Below, piece by piece: positions 47,001 through 57,299 of a stretch of DNA of 64,000 bases (the stretch's first letter is position 1; every line of letters starts with the position of its first letter). Made by a program: the position numbers and the translations under genes. This DNA is from an uncultured Clostridia bacterium (GTDB taxonomy: Bacteria > Bacillota > Clostridia > Christensenellales > UBA1242): assembly GCA_934746715.1 (NCBI GenBank), contig CAKVFI010000002.1, positions 245,761 to 309,760 of the forward strand. Direction: 5' to 3'. The notes under the pieces were generated by a model, which did no database searches, had not been told where the DNA came from, and worked only from the letters and a program-made list of their open reading frames with translations.

Positions 47001-50000
47001 AGTCAAACAAAAGTGGATTTGACACAAGTTTTGTATCGCGATAGGTCAAAGCTAAATTATAGATTAACACTTAATGGGCAAGCAAAAGATGTTGGAAGTT
47101 ATGAAATTGATTTTGTTTATTCAAACAATAACTACAACATAACTGTTGAAAAAGGTAATTTGTCAATAACTGCTCGTCCAATCACAATATTGGTGCAAAA
47201 ATCAGTTTGTTATGGCGACGTAATTGATTTGACCAATGTTGAGTACAGCGTTAGTTCAACAAATAAAATTGTTGATGGTGATGATTTGATGTTGAATTTA
47301 AAAATTTCTGCAGTTCAATTTTCTCCGGTTGGAAAATATTCCGATTTTGTTATTGTTTCAGCTAACAAAAATTATAATGTTACAATTTTGTCTTCATCTT
47401 TTGTGGAAATCACAAAAAAGCAAATAAGTGTGAAAATTGGCGATGCGTCTTCCAAATTTGGGGAAGAAATTGATTTGTCAAAAGTTGCAGTTGACACAAG
47501 TGAAGTTTTGAACGGAGATAATCTTAATATAACACTTTCAACAACGGCAACACCATCAAGCCCTGCTGGACAATATCCAATAACTTTAACCTATAATAAT
47601 GCAAATTATGATGTTACTGTTATCAAAGGTAGTTACCATGTTTATTACAAAGTTGTGCATGTTTCAGTTGAAAATCAAAATTCAGTTTATGGTAATGAAA
47701 TTGTTTTAAATCAAACTGCTTATTCAATTGAAGAAACTGATGTGCAAAAATCAGACCTTCAACTAACTTTTGCAACAAATGCAACATCAAAATCTAATGT
47801 TGGGGAATATGAAATTTTTGCAACAAGTTATGCGGACAATTATCAAGTTGTTTGCACAAATGGCAAGTTGACAATTTCTGCAAGACCAATCAAAATTAAA
47901 GTTGAACAATCAGTTTGTTATGGCAGTGAATTTAACTTCGACGGGATATTTGTTGATGTTGACAATCAACTGGTTAACAACGACAATTTAAATTTAATTT
48001 TATCAAGCAGTGACAGAACCCTGTATTCTTCAATTGGGGAGTATAGCTTGACTGTTGATGAAAGCAACAAAAATTATATTGTTAGTTTGAGTAATGATTC
48101 AATCCTTAAAGTTTTGCCTCGCAAAATTATTGTTGCAATTGGCAAAATTACAAAGGTTTATGGCAATGAAGTAGATTTGTCGTCAGTTGAAATTGACTTG
48201 TCGCAATTGGTTAATAACGACAATTTAAACATTGAAATATCCACAAATGCAACTCAAGTTAGCGATGTTGGAAACTACTTTATAGATTTAAGTTATTCAA
48301 ACCCAAATTATGATGTTACGGTTGAAAAAGGAGTGTTGCAAATTACTCCAAAACCAATTGTGGTTAACATTCAAAATGTAACAAGCCAATATGGTAACGA
48401 TTTTGAGTTGCCAACAAGTTTGGTTAGTGCTGTTAGTGGCGAGGATATTGCTGCCCTTGGCGTAAAACTTAACACAGAAGCAAACAATAGAAGTGCAGTT
48501 GGGCAATATTTAATAACTGCAACATGTGAAAATAAAAATTATACTTTAACCACAGCCGCAAACGCATATGTTGAAATAACAAAAAAAGATGCAAGGTTGG
48601 TGGTTGGCAACAAACAATCAATTTATGGCGATGAAATTGATTTGTCCAATGTTCAGACTGCTGTGGAAGGTGTGCTTTTTGATGATGACCTTGGCGCAAT
48701 ATTAAGCACCACCGCAAGCAAGACATCATCTATTGGCAATTATCCAATCAGCGCGGAAATAACAAACCCAAATTACGATGTTACAGTTGTTGACGGTAAT
48801 TTAAAAATCGTTGCAAAAACAGTTGTTTTAAAAGTTCAACAAACTGGTGTTTATGGTGATGTCCACACGGTTGACAGCACAGATTTTGTTGATGTTGAGC
48901 AAGCGGTGCTTGCCGGCGACGATTTAAAATTGCGTTTGAGTGTTGATGTTGAACAATTTGCCCCTGTTGGCAATTATCCAATCAGTGCAACATCTGACAA
49001 TGCAAATTATTTGGTTGATTTGCAAGATAGTTTTTATCAAATAACTCCAAGGCAAGCAAGTGTGCAAATTGGCAATGCTTTTGTTGTGTATGGCGAATTG
49101 GTTGATGAAAGCCAAATTCAAGCAACTCAAAATGGGGTGCTTAATAATGACAATTTAAATTTGACTTTTGTTTATGATATAAACTCAACCACGTGCGTTG
49201 GTGAATATGATATCGGAGCAGTTGCTGCAAATGTAAACTATAATGTTGAAGTTAACAAAGGCAAAATAACTGTTTTAAAGCGTGGCGTTGAGTTGTTTGT
49301 TGTAGACCAAATGCAGTATGGCGAAGATAAGCAAATCACTAACAATTACACATTGATTAGTGGTAATGTTGTTAATAATGATGACCTAAATTTGCAATTA
49401 ATTTCTTCTGCAACCAACAGGTCACCAGTTGGGGAATATGCTTTGCAAGTTTATGCGTGCAATCCAAACTACAATGTTACATTAACTGAAAATTCTTGCT
49501 TGACAATCGTGCCAAGAACAATCAATGTTAAAGTTGGCAACAAACAATCAACTTACTTGGACGATGTTGATTTGCAAGATGTTCAAATTGACCTGAGTGA
49601 ACTGCTTGATGGCGATGATTTAAATTACACTTTGTCCACAACTGCACAAAAAACAAGTGATGTTGGCAGTTATGAAATTGATTTAACTGCAAGCAACGCA
49701 AATTACAATGTGGCTGTTGAAAAAGGCAGTTATATTGTTGTTGCAAAGAATGTTCAAATTCAAATTTTAAATTGTCAAGTTGTTTATGGTGATGAAATTA
49801 ATGAAACATTGTTTGATTTTAATTGTGTGGATGAAACATTAAACAAACAAGATTTAGGCGTGGAATTATGCACCACAGCAAAGCAATTTGATGCAGTTGG
49901 CAGCTATCCAATAAAAGTTAAAGCAAACAGCAAAAATTACAATATTAGTTCCAATTATGGCAGACTTAAAATTGTGCCAAGAAAGTTAAAGATTGAGTTA

Positions 50001-50372
50001 AAATCACAAACAAAGCAACATTTAACTTCTTTAAAACCAAATCAAAATGATTACTCAATTGTTGAAGGTGAATTGTGCGATGGCGACAACTTGAATTTAA
50101 AAATCAAATCGGATTTTAACCACTTGCTCTGGTGGGGAGAGTTTGATTTGACTGGGGAAGTGAACAACATTAATTATGAAGTTGAGATTGTTGATGCAAA
50201 AATTAAAGTAGAGTATTCATATGTGGATACAATTGTTATTGTTGCAATCAGCTTGTTGATTGCCGTTGTGATTGTTTTTGCAGCTAGGCGCAAAAGAATT
50301 AAAGCAAAAGGCAATGTTCAATACTTTAATGATGCAATGCAAATTTTAAAAAGAGATAAAAATAAAAAATAG
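44055..50372 (+). CDS. Giant cell-surface subtilisin-like (S8) protease with ~19 MBG-type repeats and a C-terminal TM anchor
   Basis: Signal peptide MKSKRISRVLTIILTIIFSCAIFAFF. Catalytic triad contexts VAVIDTGI, GHGTHVSG and SGTSMATPYVSA. Repeats follow the pattern I(T/V)xRxhxhxh..Q...YG(D/E)..........GDD......VG(N/S)Y.I......NYN......G.L.I. The C-terminus has a TM helix followed by RRKRIKAK. Confidence 0.85.
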   Translation: MKSKRISRVLTIILTIIFSCAIFAFFSAQNKNYTNAYALGVEQVENKIDYQSIVEYSCDVNEFTADELDKFAAENEYYYFTQNNKICFYNKFALKSLSVLGDFDSSAFKNATKNGSTTNLKFDTVEQTKQAYQKLEQNKNLIVVIDRISQANILNTSGISSQAYGWGYDAIDVAPYKEYLADMSTTEEVVVAVIDTGINTSHNMFKNRIVTDANGNYVGIAETETTYTYSGYEFEDDNGHGTHVSGIICDTTPSNVKILPVKLLNYQGSFSYSSLIFYESLFNKIVELKKTYNIVCVNMSFGADGATSTEVTQVNYYFQNILIKNNILPITAAGNKIPTSSGGDGTCHDISVKLALPASCSSGVTVSALGHSGSNYYYDGNYSYYGSLIDVSAPGTSIRSAWIASSNKASAYTYKTESGTSMATPYVSAVVALLCLDPIYTGNADVVVVEQRMYELATDLGDVGKDIYYGYGMVSLKGFKGGVEYTANDVETKYDGDYHNIEVNVTNVSSYTIKYGLSKSSINLLTVEGNNQFKNCTNGQMIVYFIISAKDMTDTFGFAYLQINKASIVINIQDQYGSYGDEPSLQQNKYSIQSGQIYGTDDLNLNLTTSAKSNSKPGSYDISFGWNNENYDVSCSNLGSYIIERRAVSIKLNNQQAVYGNDIVLDNSKYTVESGSVVSASDFALTLKSSAEVSNVVGNYDISVSGYNEECYNLVNFVEGVLAITKRPITITIEQQVVYGDQLNLNLQNYSIVSGSVFGDDVLLEKISTNAKVGDSVGNYSISVDKSNSNYNLTLKSGTLKITKRSATLNVGNQSTIYGDEISLNQHNYTVQNLVAGDDLNVSLYTNATSSSPVTENGYTIYANCSNSNYMLSIVTGKLSVLPREVKIYFYQEFAYGEKINLDFSLYQDVENKVLAGDDLELQMTCSAVQYDNVGDYNVEIAKCNSNYSLILTNESKVKITPRAATVKVGNLTKTYGEEIDISQTKVDLTQVLYRDRSKLNYRLTLNGQAKDVGSYEIDFVYSNNNYNITVEKGNLSITARPITILVQKSVCYGDVIDLTNVEYSVSSTNKIVDGDDLMLNLKISAVQFSPVGKYSDFVIVSANKNYNVTILSSSFVEITKKQISVKIGDASSKFGEEIDLSKVAVDTSEVLNGDNLNITLSTTATPSSPAGQYPITLTYNNANYDVTVIKGSYHVYYKVVHVSVENQNSVYGNEIVLNQTAYSIEETDVQKSDLQLTFATNATSKSNVGEYEIFATSYADNYQVVCTNGKLTISARPIKIKVEQSVCYGSEFNFDGIFVDVDNQLVNNDNLNLILSSSDRTLYSSIGEYSLTVDESNKNYIVSLSNDSILKVLPRKIIVAIGKITKVYGNEVDLSSVEIDLSQLVNNDNLNIEISTNATQVSDVGNYFIDLSYSNPNYDVTVEKGVLQITPKPIVVNIQNVTSQYGNDFELPTSLVSAVSGEDIAALGVKLNTEANNRSAVGQYLITATCENKNYTLTTAANAYVEITKKDARLVVGNKQSIYGDEIDLSNVQTAVEGVLFDDDLGAILSTTASKTSSIGNYPISAEITNPNYDVTVVDGNLKIVAKTVVLKVQQTGVYGDVHTVDSTDFVDVEQAVLAGDDLKLRLSVDVEQFAPVGNYPISATSDNANYLVDLQDSFYQITPRQASVQIGNAFVVYGELVDESQIQATQNGVLNNDNLNLTFVYDINSTTCVGEYDIGAVAANVNYNVEVNKGKITVLKRGVELFVVDQMQYGEDKQITNNYTLISGNVVNNDDLNLQLISSATNRSPVGEYALQVYACNPNYNVTLTENSCLTIVPRTINVKVGNKQSTYLDDVDLQDVQIDLSELLDGDDLNYTLSTTAQKTSDVGSYEIDLTASNANYNVAVEKGSYIVVAKNVQIQILNCQVVYGDEINETLFDFNCVDETLNKQDLGVELCTTAKQFDAVGSYPIKVKANSKNYNISSNYGRLKIVPRKLKIELKSQTKQHLTSLKPNQNDYSIVEGELCDGDNLNLKIKSDFNHLLWWGEFDLTGEVNNINYEVEIVDAKIKVEYSYVDTIVIVAISLLIAVVIVFAARRKRIKAKGNVQYFNDAMQILKRDKNKK
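45741..50215 (+). repeat. Tandem ~90-aa MBG-type coding repeats, partly alternating between two subtypes
   Basis: Subtypes alternate, e.g. ...VKVGN..K.YGEEIDLS..(V)DLS... versus ...I.V(E/Q)Q.V.YGD... . Confidence 0.8.
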
Positions 50373-50389
50373 ATTGCATAATTGCAATA

Positions 50390-50420
50390 AAAAAAGATGC
50401 TAATTAAAGCATCTTTTTTG
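50390..50420. terminator. Bidirectional terminator
   Basis: AAAGATGC-TAATTAA-AGCATCTTT flanked by A-runs and T-runs. Confidence 0.8.
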
Positions 50421-50422
50421 TG

Positions 50423-51001
50423 TTATAAAACAATGTCATTTTCTTTGTCTAACAACACTTTTTTTGCTTTTTTAAGTTTGTAACTGAAAAGCAGTGTTGT
50501 GATCAGACGGGTTGCGCCTTCCACAATCAAGGCAATGCCGGCAAAAATCATGATTGTGTTGAAATTGGAAAACATCACAGCGATGCCAAGGCATGTTGTT
50601 AAAATTGAAATTACAAAAACAACCCACCAGCCAGTGATACCTGCGCGACCGCAATAAATGCTGTCTGCCATTGTTGAAATTGAGTCTATAACAACAAACA
50701 AGCCAAACAAAACAGTGATAACTGATTGTATTGTTGATGGATAAATCAAAAAGAAAACACCTGAAATGATCATTGTAATTGCAATAATCAACAATGACGC
50801 ACCAAGGAAATGGTCAACAACCATGTATCTAATCAAAAGAGAACCACCCATAACAATCAAAGAGCAGCCAAACACAATGCACAACACGTTTGCTGAATTT
50901 TCTGGCATAACCACGCACAAAATACCAATTGCAATTGTAAGTGCAGCAACAATTACGCTTTCCCATCTAATTTTTTTAAAAAAGTTTTTAGTTTCGTTCA
51001 T
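50423..51001 (-). CDS. HdeD/DUF308-family membrane protein
   Basis: Six TM segments with the DUF308-like repeat pattern (GILCVVMP..., GWWVVFVISILT...). Confidence 0.6.
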   Translation of the reverse strand: MNETKNFFKKIRWESVIVAALTIAIGILCVVMPENSANVLCIVFGCSLIVMGGSLLIRYMVVDHFLGASLLIIAITMIISGVFFLIYPSTIQSVITVLFGLFVVIDSISTMADSIYCGRAGITGWWVVFVISILTTCLGIAVMFSNFNTIMIFAGIALIVEGATRLITTLLFSYKLKKAKKVLLDKENDIVL

Positions 51002-51231
51002 ATTTCACCCCTAAATATTAGTATAAACATAAATTTTTGTTTTTACAAATAATTTGGACATTAGTTTTTAAACAAATGTGATTGGTTTGTCTTTTTATTT
51101 TAATTGTTTTTTAATGATTCATAATCATAAAAACAAAAAAGAGCTGCAATCAGCCCTTTTAAAATCTGGCGGAGCGTTAGTAACGTAAATCGAATAATAG
51201 TCACTAAACACTAACAAATCTAAACGTGAAT

Positions 51232-51747
51232 TCATTTCATATTATTTTCATCATCGAATCGTTTTTTATCAAATATTGCACGTTCACCGTATACAAGAAT
51301 AGGTACAAGCGTCATTTGTTGTAATTTTTCATAAATTTTTTGACTAACTTGCTCTTGACTTTCGCATAAATTGCCAGAATCGTCCGTGTATTCAAACTTT
51401 AAGTTATATATAGTGTAATTAGAAACGCAACCGTTATTATTTTCAGTCACTTCCGTTTCGGTTAAGTCTGTTATTCTACCGTTTTCGGAATGACCTTTAT
51501 GGGCAACCTCAAGTGACTTTTTACCATCGATAATCATTTTTGCTCCGTTGCCAATGAAACCTATTGCCGCAATAATCATTATTCCGCCAATTAGGCACAT
51601 AAATATTGTTCCAAATTTATCTTCAGGATCGTATGACTTGATTCCCGAACTAATTACAATAATAGCAATTAGCACAGCAATTAAGGCGATTGCAATTCTT
51701 GCAATACCACCAACCATAGTTCCGTGATTAAAATTTTTCTTTTTCAT
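51232..51747 (-). CDS. Two-TM membrane protein with DUF3592-like C-terminal domain
   Basis: AAGAGG RBS before ATG 51747, two TM helices, then a beta-rich segment (GRITDLTE...YNLKFEYTDDSG...VPILVYGERA). Confidence 0.5.
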   Translation of the reverse strand: MKKKNFNHGTMVGGIARIAIALIAVLIAIIVISSGIKSYDPEDKFGTIFMCLIGGIMIIAAIGFIGNGAKMIIDGKKSLEVAHKGHSENGRITDLTETEVTENNNGCVSNYTIYNLKFEYTDDSGNLCESQEQVSQKIYEKLQQMTLVPILVYGERAIFDKKRFDDENNMK

Positions 51748-51818
51748 TGAATTAACCTCTTTACATTTTTGGCAAAACTGAATTATGCATTTTGACACAC
51801 TTGTCTTGCTTGTTTATT

Positions 51819-51847
51819 ATTATAGCATAAATTTCTAAATTTTTCAA
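51819..51847 (-). promoter_or_regulatory. Promoter of the 51232-51747 gene
   Basis: On the minus strand: TTGAAA, 17-nt spacer, TGcTATAAT. Confidence 0.6.
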
Positions 51848-52152
51848 CCACTATTGAGTTCGCGGACGTAGAATTTTAGAATGAATTTCAAATGGCACTT
51901 TGGCGTGTGATTGACTATAAAAGCGCGATGCTTCGCGACACGGTCAAGCATCAACCGAACAACTCACTTAAACTCGGATAAAAATGTCAACTCAAAGCCG
52001 AGCGGTTAAACGCCCAGCTGATTCTTCTTTTTTCCGTCTAAAACGACTTTTGTGCCGAAATATTCGTTAGAAAAAAACAATACGAACTCTAACTTATCGT
52101 CAGGGTTCGTATTATTTACTACTGGCGGAGTCAATGTTATCCAATTCTAACT

Positions 52153-52842
52153 TTAAAGTGTATATTGGAGATAGGTGGGTAAGGATTCTTTATTACTTTT
52201 AATATAATGAGCAGGTTTAATTGTTAAAAAATTATAATAATCTTTTAAGTATTCCATTCTTATCGTTTTTGAGATTATGTGACCTTCTACATTATAATAT
52301 TCAAATTCAAGGTCAATATAGAAATTATCGTTTTCAAAATATTTTTTATCTATAAAAATAGTTGCAACATATAGTTCATGCTCTTTAAATAAAATATCAC
52401 AATCGTGGGGATAATGAGATATTGTCTTTTGTTTATTTTCAAAATTTTCTACCAGCGTTCCATTATTGTAAACAAATGCCTTTTTTAATATTAATCTATA
52501 TATTGTTCCGTTTGGGGAATTAATAAACACATTTAGATTACTTATATTTTTTGTTTTATTTGTTGTTTTAAATATATTTGTTGGTGTCTTTTCTTTTGAG
52601 TTAGAACAAAAAATTAATAAGTTGGGCAAGTAATTTCTTTTATCTTCAATTTGTTTAAATTGATTCGTTTGCCAAATTGTTATAGTCGCCAAAATTGTTG
52701 TTGACACACAACTTATAAAGCAAAATAAAATGTTAAATAAATATTCGTATTCTTTTGTAAATTTTATACCTAAAATTAACAATATAATGTTGATTGCTAG
52801 TGTAAAAATACAAATAAATATATAAGTGGATTTATGTTTCAT
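52153..52842 (-). CDS. Two-TM membrane protein, unknown C-terminal domain, very AT-rich
   Basis: 229-codon ORF with two N-terminal TM helices. The terminator AATACGAACCC...GTTCGTATT plus T-run lies at 52071-52113 on the minus strand. Confidence 0.5.
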   Translation of the reverse strand: MKHKSTYIFICIFTLAINIILLILGIKFTKEYEYLFNILFCFISCVSTTILATITIWQTNQFKQIEDKRNYLPNLLIFCSNSKEKTPTNIFKTTNKTKNISNLNVFINSPNGTIYRLILKKAFVYNNGTLVENFENKQKTISHYPHDCDILFKEHELYVATIFIDKKYFENDNFYIDLEFEYYNVEGHIISKTIRMEYLKDYYNFLTIKPAHYIKSNKESLPTYLQYTL

Positions 52843-53137
52843 ATTAGGCTCCTTTTATAAAAATACTATAACACATTTAATAGAATAAATAAAGACTTAG
52901 AAGAAAAAAAGAAGAAGTATTTTTCAACTTCTTCTCGCAATTGTTTTATTGATTGTTTTGCAAGTGAGAATAAACTTCTTTTGCGGTAAGATTTTGAGAG
53001 TTGACAAAGGTTTCGGCAAAATTTTTAATTTGTGACATAAATTAGTTGTTAGTTTGAATTGCTGATTTTGAATCAAAAATACAATTAAAAGATAGAAAAA
53101 AGTCGTTCAGCGTAAATCACGCCGAACGACAGGTTAA

Positions 53138-53225
53138 TGGCGGAGGCTTAGAGATTCGAACTCTAGGAAGCTTGCACTTCGCCGGTTTTCAAGACCGGTG
53201 CTTTAGACCGCTCAGCCAAACCTCC
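53138..53225 (-). tRNA. tRNA-Ser (anticodon UGA), CCA encoded
   Basis: rc = GGAGGTTTGGCTGAGCGGTCTAAAGCACCGGTCTTGAAAACCGGCGAAGTGCAAGCTTCCTAGAGTTCGAATCTCTAAGCCTCCGCCA. It has a long variable arm. The terminator hairpin GTCGTTC..GAACGAC plus T-run lies at 53095-53130. Confidence 0.9.
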
Positions 53226-53235
53226 GCGTATTTTT

Positions 53236-53264
53236 AGTTTAACATATCCAATCTGTTTTGGCAA
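53236..53264 (-). promoter_or_regulatory. tRNA-Ser promoter
   Basis: On the minus strand: TTGCCA, 17-nt spacer, TAAACT, then about 8 nt to the mature 5' end. It shares AAAAATCTCTTGC with the promoter at 37937-37965. Confidence 0.55.
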
Positions 53265-53460
53265 GAGATTTTTAAATATTTTTGCGCCAAATTTTTGATT
53301 TGATTGGCAAACAGAATTTTTGTATACACATCAAAAGTTTTTTATAAAGATTTAAAAATGTGTTAATTATTTTATAAATATGACATATATTTTTTTAATT
53401 CAACTTAATTTTATGGTTATTTTGTTGCTTAATAATTGAGTTGATGATAAAATTAAATAA

Positions 53461-54003
53461 ATGGATAATAAAAGTGTTTATCTGATTTTAAGTCAAACTG
53501 GAACGATGTTTTCACGTGTTCTAAAGTTTTTTACCGGGGCGGAGTACAATCATTCATCTATATCGCTTGACCCAAGTCTAGAAGAAATGTATTCGTTTGG
53601 AAGACTGAATCCGTACAATCCTTTTATTGGTGGATTTGTGCAAGAGGGCAAAAATATTGGAACTTTTAAGCGATTTTACAAAACAAAAGCTCTTGTGTTA
53701 GAATTGAAAGTGAGCGATGAACAATATAAAAACATACAGATGCTGATTGAACATATGAAACACAACAAGTCGATTTTTCATTATAACTACTGGGGAGTGT
53801 TCTGCGCGATATTTAAAGCGAATGTTTCGCCTAAAAGGCGCTTTTATTGCTCGCAGTTTGTGCGTGCTTGTTTGGCATCGTTTAACATTGCAAATTCAAA
53901 AGAGTTGCCAAAAGTGATCAAGCCAATTGATTTTTTAAAACTTAACAACAAAAGGGTTATTTTTAAAGGATTTTTAAAAAATTATAATATAATAAAAGGC
54001 TAA
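53461..54003 (+). CDS. YiiX-like permuted papain-fold (NlpC/P60 superfamily) protein
   Basis: An early conserved His context (AEYNHSSISL) and a late Cys context (RFYCSQFV), in the order typical of permuted papain-like amidases. Confidence 0.5.
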   Translation: MDNKSVYLILSQTGTMFSRVLKFFTGAEYNHSSISLDPSLEEMYSFGRLNPYNPFIGGFVQEGKNIGTFKRFYKTKALVLELKVSDEQYKNIQMLIEHMKHNKSIFHYNYWGVFCAIFKANVSPKRRFYCSQFVRACLASFNIANSKELPKVIKPIDFLKLNNKRVIFKGFLKNYNIIKG

Positions 54004-54087
54004 AAAAATTAAAATTTAGAATAATAAATGTTTAAGTTAAAAAAACTCACATTCGTATGTGAGTTTTTTGTTAAGCTGACCGATTAA

Positions 54088-55116
<1,029 letters not shown>

Positions 55117-55370
55117 TTAAAATAATTTCAAAAAAATTAAAAATTTATTATTAATTTAAATAAAAATTGTGATATTTATATCATTTTTTTTAATTTTTTG
55201 TTAATTTTTAACAAAAAATAATCAAATTATTGACAATAAATTTAATTTAATTGTTATAAATATAATAGTTGTTTAATTGTTAAATGTCAAATTATATAAA
55301 TAAAAAATACATTCAATTTATATTTAAATTTTAATATTTTAAATATCAATTTAAAGGTTAATATTTATAT

Positions 55371-55943
55371 ATGATTATTTTTTTTATAGTTTATTTATCT
55401 ACAATAACAATTGTTTTTATAATTATAAATAAAAAAAAGAATAAAATTTTTCCTATTCCAAAAATTTATTTTTGCGGTGATAAAATTTGTTTTAACACCA
55501 ATCGTAGACATCAAATTTGTGTTGGAGAATGTAGCCTTTTGGTTGTTAAAAACAAAGCATATTTAAAACGCTTAAACAAAAGAATATGTTTGTGCAATGT
55601 TGAGGATGTGAAGTTAAAAAATCAAATGCTAACTTTTGTTGGGCTTGGCACAGTTGAAATTGAAATAGGAAAAAGCAATGTTAACAAATATTTGCAAATG
55701 GACATATCTTCATATGACTTTGATTTGACAAGTTTGAAAAGAGAAGCCGAACTTGAAATTGTAAACAATCTTTTTGATTTAACTGCATGTGAAAGTTTGA
55801 AAAGATATTTGCGCTTTGTTAAACGAATTTTGAATATAAACATCAACAATTCAAAAATTGAAGTTAAACAAAATGTTTATAACTTGGCGTTTTGTGTGGA
55901 CTATGAGTTTAATGGGAACAAAAAACGAATTATGTTTAATTAA
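55371..55943 (+). CDS. Hypothetical membrane-anchored protein
   Basis: N-terminal TM helix and a 190-codon ORF. Confidence 0.45.
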   Translation: MIIFFIVYLSTITIVFIIINKKKNKIFPIPKIYFCGDKICFNTNRRHQICVGECSLLVVKNKAYLKRLNKRICLCNVEDVKLKNQMLTFVGLGTVEIEIGKSNVNKYLQMDISSYDFDLTSLKREAELEIVNNLFDLTACESLKRYLRFVKRILNININNSKIEVKQNVYNLAFCVDYEFNGNKKRIMFN

Positions 55944-55972
55944 TTGAAAAATTTTTGCAAATTTGCTATAAT
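55944..55972 (+). promoter_or_regulatory. Promoter with leaderless geometry for rarA
   Basis: TTGAAA, 17-nt spacer, TATAAT, then exactly 6 nt to ATG 55979. There is no Shine-Dalgarno. Confidence 0.55.
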
Positions 55973-55978
55973 TATTAC

Positions 55979-57262
55979 ATGACAAAAATAGATGAAAATG
56001 TTGAAGTTGATATGACTCCGCTTGCTGAAAAAATGAGGGCGAGAAATTTAAACGAATTTATTGGGCAAAACCATATTGTTGGCAAAGATAGTTTGATAAG
56101 GCGCGCATTGCAAGTTAACAGGCTTGGTAGTTGCATTTTTTATGGCCCACCGGGGGTTGGCAAAACCACATTGGCTTATATCATTGCCAGCAGTTTGGGG
56201 TTGGAGTATGTTAAACTTAATGCAGTTTCAAGTGGCGTGGCTGACGCAAAAAAAGTGATTGACCAAGCAAAGCAAAATTTTGAGTTGACTGGCAAAAGTA
56301 CAATGCTGATTTTGGACGAATGTCATCGTTGGAGCAAAGCACAAAGCGATTGCGTGCTTGAAGCTGTTGAACGTGGCTATATTACATTTATTGGCACAAC
56401 AACTGAAAATCCACATATAAGCATGACTCCAGCAATTGTTAGCCGTTGCAGAGTTTTTAAATTTTTGCCACTTACTGCCAACGATTTAAAAGATGCAATA
56501 TTGCTTGCAATTAAAGACAAAGAGCGTGGATTTGGCAAACTAAAAATCAAAATTGATGCAGATGCATTGAATCATTTTGCAATGTTTGCAAACGGAGATT
56601 TGCGCAGTTGTTACAATGCTCTTGAATTGGCGGTTACCACAACAAAACCAGACAAAACCGGCACAATTGTAATAGACAAATTGGTTGCAAGCCAATGTAT
56701 TCAACAGCCAGTTATTTCGGTTGATGAAAACACCTATTATGATATGTTGAGTGCTTTTTGCAAAAGCTTGCGCGGCAGTGACACAGACGCTGCGTTATAC
56801 TATGCTTTTAGATTGATTGAAGCAGGGTGTGACCCACTTTTGATTTGCCGTAGACTTATTGCTCATGCAAGTGAAGATGTGGGCATGGCTGACAGCAATG
56901 CAAGCCTTATGGCGATGATTGCAATGAATGCGGTTAAAAATCTTGGCTTGCCAGAGGGCGAAATTCCACTTGCTCACGCCATAATTTATGTTTGTGAAGC
57001 GGAAAAATCTAATAGTGTTGTGGTTGCAATGGATATGGCAAAAGAAGATGCAAAATTTCACCCAGATGACAATGTTCCAGAACATTTAAAAAACTACCAT
57101 TATGAAGTGGAAAATGTTGCAGAATACAAATATCCACACAATTATGGTGGTTATGTTAAACAGCAATATTTGCCAAATTCATTGAAAGATAGGCGTTATT
57201 ACACACCGCTCAATAATGGCAAAGAAAAGGGTATGATAAGAAAAAAAGATAGGGTTAAGTAG
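55979..57262 (+). CDS. rarA: Replication-associated recombination protein A (AAA+ ATPase, MgsA/RarA)
   Basis: FYGPPGVGKTTLA Walker A, ILDECHRW Walker B, C-terminal MgsA domain (YYDMLSAFCKSLRGSD, HLKNY...YKYPH). Confidence 0.9.
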   Translation: MTKIDENVEVDMTPLAEKMRARNLNEFIGQNHIVGKDSLIRRALQVNRLGSCIFYGPPGVGKTTLAYIIASSLGLEYVKLNAVSSGVADAKKVIDQAKQNFELTGKSTMLILDECHRWSKAQSDCVLEAVERGYITFIGTTTENPHISMTPAIVSRCRVFKFLPLTANDLKDAILLAIKDKERGFGKLKIKIDADALNHFAMFANGDLRSCYNALELAVTTTKPDKTGTIVIDKLVASQCIQQPVISVDENTYYDMLSAFCKSLRGSDTDAALYYAFRLIEAGCDPLLICRRLIAHASEDVGMADSNASLMAMIAMNAVKNLGLPEGEIPLAHAIIYVCEAEKSNSVVVAMDMAKEDAKFHPDDNVPEHLKNYHYEVENVAEYKYPHNYGGYVKQQYLPNSLKDRRYYTPLNNGKEKGMIRKKDRVK

Positions 57263-57299
57263 CTCTATCTTTTTTGTTTTTTATAATTGATTAGTCTTA

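Noticed and set aside
45741-50215. CRISPR-like or satellite tandem repeats
   Set aside because: The periodicity is about 270 nt inside one long intact ORF and corresponds to protein-domain repeats. No short direct-repeat/spacer architecture or cas genes occur anywhere in the window.
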